From assembly GCA_049570475.1 (NCBI GenBank), contig CP186953.1:672001-736000 (forward strand): a stretch of 64,000 nt of DNA. Direction: 5' to 3'. The DNA is from Candidatus Methanosuratincola verstraetei (GTDB taxonomy: Archaea; Thermoproteota; Methanomethylicia; Methanomethylicales; Methanomethylicaceae). The position numbers and the translations under genes are program-made. Below the pieces are notes generated by a model. The model made no database searches. It was not told where the DNA came from and was given only the letters and a program-made list of their open reading frames with translations. Shown here piece after piece: positions 59,946 to 64,000 of this stretch (position 1 is the first letter of the stretch; each line of letters opens with the position of its first letter).

Positions 59946-60938
59946 TTAAATATAAAAGAACATCCCTATGACGGCAAGGAAGACCTCGAGTGAGAGAATG
60001 AAAAGTACCACATCCTTTTCGCTTGCTTTTCCCTTCAATTTTACGACAAGATCAATCACAACATGAGGAAATGCGTAATATTTGCTATAAGGCTTTTTCA
60101 GATGCCCCTCCGCGTCCACTTCACCGAATGCCTCTGCCTTCATCTTGCTACGCGACTTGAGCAAAAAATCCAAGAAATACGGTATGAACAGGATCAGAGC
60201 GAGCTTCTCAACATTTGCCAAAATGCTGACGCAAGCAACTATGCTCCCTACCATATATGTGAAAACGTTTCCTGGGAATATTTTTGCTGGGTGCCAGTTG
60301 AAGATAAGAAACGCGACCAGAGCTGCGGCTGCAATCGCGCAGATCATAGCAACATGGCTCGTTCCCGTCAGGTAAGAAACAACCCCAATGCTCGAGATGA
60401 TTATCAGTCCCATGCCAGCCTCAAGACCGTTGTATCCCGCAATTATGTTAAAGCCGTTTGAGGCTCCGACGATCCCGATAGGGACGACCATCAGCGGGTA
60501 AAGGAGACCCAGATCCATAGCCCCAAAAAGAGGCAAATCAACCGAAGAATGCCCAGCGTTTATGACCATCATTGGGAGTGCAGCAGGGATGGTAAGCAAT
60601 GGTTTTTGCAGCTGCGATAGACCCAGCTTCCAGCCTAGCAAGTCATCGATAAGGCCAACTACTGCGATTATCAGAACTGTGCCCATTACAGCAAAGAGAT
60701 CTAAATTGAAAGACACGTTGTTGAATAGAAAAGTGTTCAGCCCTATGTAGAAAAGCATACCGCCAAGGATTCCGCCAAGAACAGCAACCCCTCCCATCTC
60801 GGCTACTTCAGGCTTGTCAGGCTTGTTCATGTCCTTTCCTACAAGACCTGCCCTCTTTGCGACAGGAATCCACCTCTTGGTCAGGATGAAAGTCGCCGCA
60901 AAAGAGATAGCGATGGAGACCAGAAGCAACGGGTTCAT
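59946..60938 (-). CDS. UDP-GlcNAc:dolichol-phosphate GlcNAc-1-phosphotransferase (AglH/Alg7, MraY family)
   Basis: GKDMNK, EMGG, GLIDD, NIIAGYNGLEAG and PAKIFPGN. Confidence 0.92.
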   Translation of the reverse strand: MNPLLLVSIAISFAATFILTKRWIPVAKRAGLVGKDMNKPDKPEVAEMGGVAVLGGILGGMLFYIGLNTFLFNNVSFNLDLFAVMGTVLIIAVVGLIDDLLGWKLGLSQLQKPLLTIPAALPMMVINAGHSSVDLPLFGAMDLGLLYPLMVVPIGIVGASNGFNIIAGYNGLEAGMGLIIISSIGVVSYLTGTSHVAMICAIAAAALVAFLIFNWHPAKIFPGNVFTYMVGSIVACVSILANVEKLALILFIPYFLDFLLKSRSKMKAEAFGEVDAEGHLKKPYSKYYAFPHVVIDLVVKLKGKASEKDVVLFILSLEVFLAVIGMFFYI

Positions 60939-61052
60939 GAACTACCACAAGAAAACCCAGAAACATGTATGTATTTAAGGGTTTATCGTTTAAACTCATC
61001 TAATGGAAAAAGGCATTAGACAAAAAGCATCCAAAAAGGGGCGCATTCGGGT

Positions 61053-61529
61053 TTGAAGCTCCTGATGATCCTTGGCAGCGGAGGGCACACAGCCCAGATG
61101 ATAAGGCTGTCGGAGATGCTCGGATCTGCATTCGATTACGCTTACCTAATAGGATACGACGACAGGCTAAGCGCCAGGAAGATCAAGATCCCTGGCGAGG
61201 TTTACTTTGTCCACAGGGCCAGGAGCCACGAGGACAACCTCTTGGTCACAGGGTTTAAGGTACTTAGGCTCTTTGTCGAGTCCTTGGTCGCATTCCTCAG
61301 GATTAGACCTGAGGCGGTGGTCAGCGCAGGACCTGGGATGGCTTTGCCCGTCTCAGTTGTCTGCAAGCTCTTCGGGAAGAAGGTGATCTTCATCGAGGAC
61401 TGGTCCAGAGTATACCAAAAGTCAAAGACGGGGCGGGCCATGTACAACATTTCCGATCTGTTCTTCGTCCAGTGGCCCGAGCTCCTGAGGCTTTACCCCA
61501 AAGCCATATACGCCGGGAGGCTGGCGTGA
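61053..61529 (+). CDS. Alg14-like UDP-GlcNAc transferase subunit
   Basis: LGSGGHTAQM, SAGPG, FIEDWSRV and FFVQWPEL. Confidence 0.9.
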   Translation: MKLLMILGSGGHTAQMIRLSEMLGSAFDYAYLIGYDDRLSARKIKIPGEVYFVHRARSHEDNLLVTGFKVLRLFVESLVAFLRIRPEAVVSAGPGMALPVSVVCKLFGKKVIFIEDWSRVYQKSKTGRAMYNISDLFFVQWPELLRLYPKAIYAGRLA

Positions 61530-62006
61530 ATGATCTTTGTCACGGTCGGGTCGGTCGCTCCCTTTGATGAGCTGATCGAGAAGGTGGATCTGCTAGCGGG
61601 TGCCCAGGGAGAAACTAGGATAAAGGATCCGATCATGCAGATTGGCAATGGCAAATACATCCCCCAGAACGGGAGGTGGTTCCGATTCGAAACCGATCTT
61701 TCGCGATACTACAGGGATGCTGACCTGATAATAACTCACAACGGGGCTGGAACGCTTTTCGAAATACTCCCCTTGGGCAAGAAGGTCATCGTGGTTCCGA
61801 ACCCGAATACAGTTCAGCTTGAAAACATCGACATTGTCATCAAGCTGGCAAAAGAAGGGCACATAATCCCGTGCTTCAAAGTGGAAGCCCTTGAAGGCGC
61901 GCTAAAAAAAGCAGAGAAGTGGATCCCGGTCCCGTATGAAAAGCCGATATGCAGGATGCATGAATTGATCTCGCAGTACCTTCTAGGATCTCCCAAGAAG
62001 CATTGA
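61530..62006 (+). CDS. Alg13-like UDP-GlcNAc transferase subunit
   Basis: IFVTVGS..FDELI, QIG, ADLIITHNGAGTLFE and IVVPN. Confidence 0.9.
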   Translation: MIFVTVGSVAPFDELIEKVDLLAGAQGETRIKDPIMQIGNGKYIPQNGRWFRFETDLSRYYRDADLIITHNGAGTLFEILPLGKKVIVVPNPNTVQLENIDIVIKLAKEGHIIPCFKVEALEGALKKAEKWIPVPYEKPICRMHELISQYLLGSPKKH

Positions 62007-63167
62007 AGCAAGCCTCTTTGAGACCGCGATGATCGTCAGCATCGGGGGGAGGCCGAAAGGCCCTGGCAACACGCTTGCGTCCGAGACGAAAAGCCCTTCC
62101 ACCTCAGTCTCAGGATCCTCGGCTGACCTAACCGCGCTCGAGCAGGAGCCGCCGGGGTGTGCCCCCCTTGGGTGGACCTCGACGATCGTGCTTCCGTCTA
62201 CCCCCATCCTCTCCAACAGCATCTTTGCCTCCCTCCTCCCCTCCTCAAGTTTCCTCAGGTCAGAGCCGGTAGTGAGCTTAATTACCGAGTCTTCCGTCAC
62301 AACGCCAGAAGGGTCGTCGCTGATCTTCACCATAAAGCCGACGATGTCCTGCGGAGAGGCGCCGATCCCCCTGCACTTCATCAAACCCAGCAGCAAAGAG
62401 GAGTAGTGCGGGGAGATCAGGTATCCCTCCCTCTTCAAGTAGAACGGCATCCCAACCTCCCTGTTGAATCCCGCTCCCCTCTTCAGGCCGCCAACCGTCA
62501 CGAATGTGTCGACGAAGAGACCTCGACCGGCGCTTATCCCAGATCTCAACAAGATCCTCGGGGACTCTATAGCCCCCGCAGCGAGCACCACCGCACGAGA
62601 GCCAAAGGATCGCCCGCCCTCGACCTCGACGCCCTTAGCCCTCCCGTTCTCAACCAGGACGCGCCGCACGCCAGACCCTGTCATTACCCTGCATCCAGCC
62701 CGCTCAGCCTCCTCTACATACCGTAGGGAGGACCACTTTGCACCATGGGGGCACCCGTAGGCGCAGGAGCCGCATGATCTGCACTTCAAAAAGTCGATGC
62801 ACTTCGGCATCCGGACCCACTCGCCCGAGAGCGACAGCATCTCCCTCGAGGTCTTGCCCATCTTCTCTAGGGGCATCGGCACCACGCCAAGCTCCCGCTC
62901 AGCCTCCTCGAAGAATGGCTCAAGCCCCCTCGAGACGCTGCTCCTGACGGCGTTCCCCATCGTGACCACAGTAGTTCCGCCCAGGCACTCGGCGAGCCAG
63001 ATCTCAACCCCAGACCTGATCACGGAGTAGGCTTTTGACTCGCCCCCAGGCTTCATCATCCCCCCTTTCTCCAGGAGGAGGACCCGCCTTCCAGCCTCCG
63101 AGAGCGCCTTTGCTACAGTTGCTCCCCCTGCCCCCGACCCTACAACGATGAAATCAAACTCCGTCAT
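61983..63167 (-). CDS. GMC-family flavoprotein oxidoreductase with 4Fe-4S motif
   Basis: GSGAGG, CRSCGSCAYGCP, LAAGAIESPRILL, HPGG and DASVLP. Confidence 0.88.
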   Translation of the reverse strand: MTEFDFIVVGSGAGGATVAKALSEAGRRVLLLEKGGMMKPGGESKAYSVIRSGVEIWLAECLGGTTVVTMGNAVRSSVSRGLEPFFEEAERELGVVPMPLEKMGKTSREMLSLSGEWVRMPKCIDFLKCRSCGSCAYGCPHGAKWSSLRYVEEAERAGCRVMTGSGVRRVLVENGRAKGVEVEGGRSFGSRAVVLAAGAIESPRILLRSGISAGRGLFVDTFVTVGGLKRGAGFNREVGMPFYLKREGYLISPHYSSLLLGLMKCRGIGASPQDIVGFMVKISDDPSGVVTEDSVIKLTTGSDLRKLEEGRREAKMLLERMGVDGSTIVEVHPRGAHPGGSCSSAVRSAEDPETEVEGLFVSDASVLPGPFGLPPMLTIIAVSKRLASMLLGRS

Positions 63168-63999
63168 CGCCAGGCAGCCTCACAGCCTCATCCGGCAGCT
63201 CAACGAACGGGATGGACGCCACAGCCCCGATTAGCCCTCGGCTGCCGGTCACATGGATAAGGCTTATCCCGCTGGAAGCAGCTGCTGCTTCAGCCTCCTC
63301 AACCGAGACCATCCCAACTTTCGCCCTCTTCGCGAATCCCATCGCTGGGTCCGGGATCTGCACGCCCCGGAAGTAAGCCATGCCAGTCTCCTTCGAGAAG
63401 GTGTTCAAGCGGAGGGACGAGCAAAACTCCTCCACTGCCCTATCGACGAGCCCAGTCGGGACCGCGAAGGAGACCGCGACCGCGACGCAGTTCTGGGTCT
63501 TGTGGGGGTTCTGCGGGTAGAGCTGGACTATCGAGTGCTCGAGGTAGTCCACTCCGGGGAGCCTCCTGCACAGATCGAGCGCCAGCTCGTTCACCAAGGA
63601 CCACGTGGCCCCCTCGTCCGACCTGTCGGTGTCGTCAACCCCTACGATGAGCTTCTCCTTCCTCCTAACCGTGATCGTCGCCCTTCCGACCTTCTTCCCG
63701 CCTCCCCATTCCTTCACGTCCATGTCGATGACGCCCTCAGCCAGGCACCTGCCCAGCGCAGCCACCCCTGCCCCGGCGAGGCCGGAGTATGTTATCCTGA
63801 CCAAATCGCCGTCCACCTCAACAGACTCGATTGACGCAGGATGGTAGCTTGCCTGCAGACCAGCCGGAGCCTCCGCCCCTTTGCCCGAGAGGCGCAGCTT
63901 GTAGAAGAGCCTCGGCCCCTCCCTCTTGGACCAGAAGACCCCCCTGCTGTTCCTCGTGTAGTGGTAGAGCGACCAGGCTGACCCGCCCAGGCAGACACC
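63154..63999 (-). CDS. Methanogenesis marker protein 11-like; 5' end outside the window
   Basis: Frame stays open to the window edge (CLGGSAWSLYHY); YSGLAGAGV, GVDDTD..EGATW and QLYP.NPHKTQNC. Confidence 0.75.
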   Translation of the reverse strand, partial: GVCLGGSAWSLYHYTRNSRGVFWSKREGPRLFYKLRLSGKGAEAPAGLQASYHPASIESVEVDGDLVRITYSGLAGAGVAALGRCLAEGVIDMDVKEWGGGKKVGRATITVRRKEKLIVGVDDTDRSDEGATWSLVNELALDLCRRLPGVDYLEHSIVQLYPQNPHKTQNCVAVAVSFAVPTGLVDRAVEEFCSSLRLNTFSKETGMAYFRGVQIPDPAMGFAKRAKVGMVSVEEAEAAAASSGISLIHVTGSRGLIGAVASIPFVELPDEAVRLPGDDGV

Positions 64000-64000
64000 C

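Noticed and set aside
63154-63999. TiaS (tRNA-Ile2 agmatidine synthetase), given the nearby tRNA-CAT
   Set aside because: GVDDTD lies mid-protein and the chain ends without the OB-fold and zinc-ribbon domains of TiaS.

Overview
Chromosomal window from a GC-rich archaeon. The evidence is top6A/B, aIF-1A, Rio1, a GHMP-type shikimate kinase, archaeal tRNAs and a methanogenesis-marker-11-like gene; a Methanomethylicia/Verstraetearchaeota-like methanogen is my inference. Content in order: a PAS sensor and response regulator; an ion/solute transport neighbourhood (SSS, CDF, P-type ATPase, and an MscS channel fused to a KvAP-like voltage sensor); glycan genes; an ABC exporter; an Ig-repeat surface protein; carAB; an 11-gene transketolase-shikimate-Phe/Tyr operon preceded by an attenuator-like leader; an AT-richer accessory region ending at tRNA-Arg(TCG), with a duplicated tRNA 3' end; the conserved aIF1A-rio1-KH-top6B-top6A cluster; a VapBC-type pair; tRNA-Asn and tRNA-Ile2(CAT); an AT-rich glycosyltransferase island; an AglH/Alg14/Alg13 N-glycan initiation module; and a GMC oxidoreductase next to the marker-11 gene. 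The best novelty candidates are the voltage-sensor-MscS fusion (12848-14164) and the Phe/Tyr mini-ORF with alternative hairpins ahead of the aro operon (25614-25760). All calls come from reading motifs by eye; no searches or folding programs were run.
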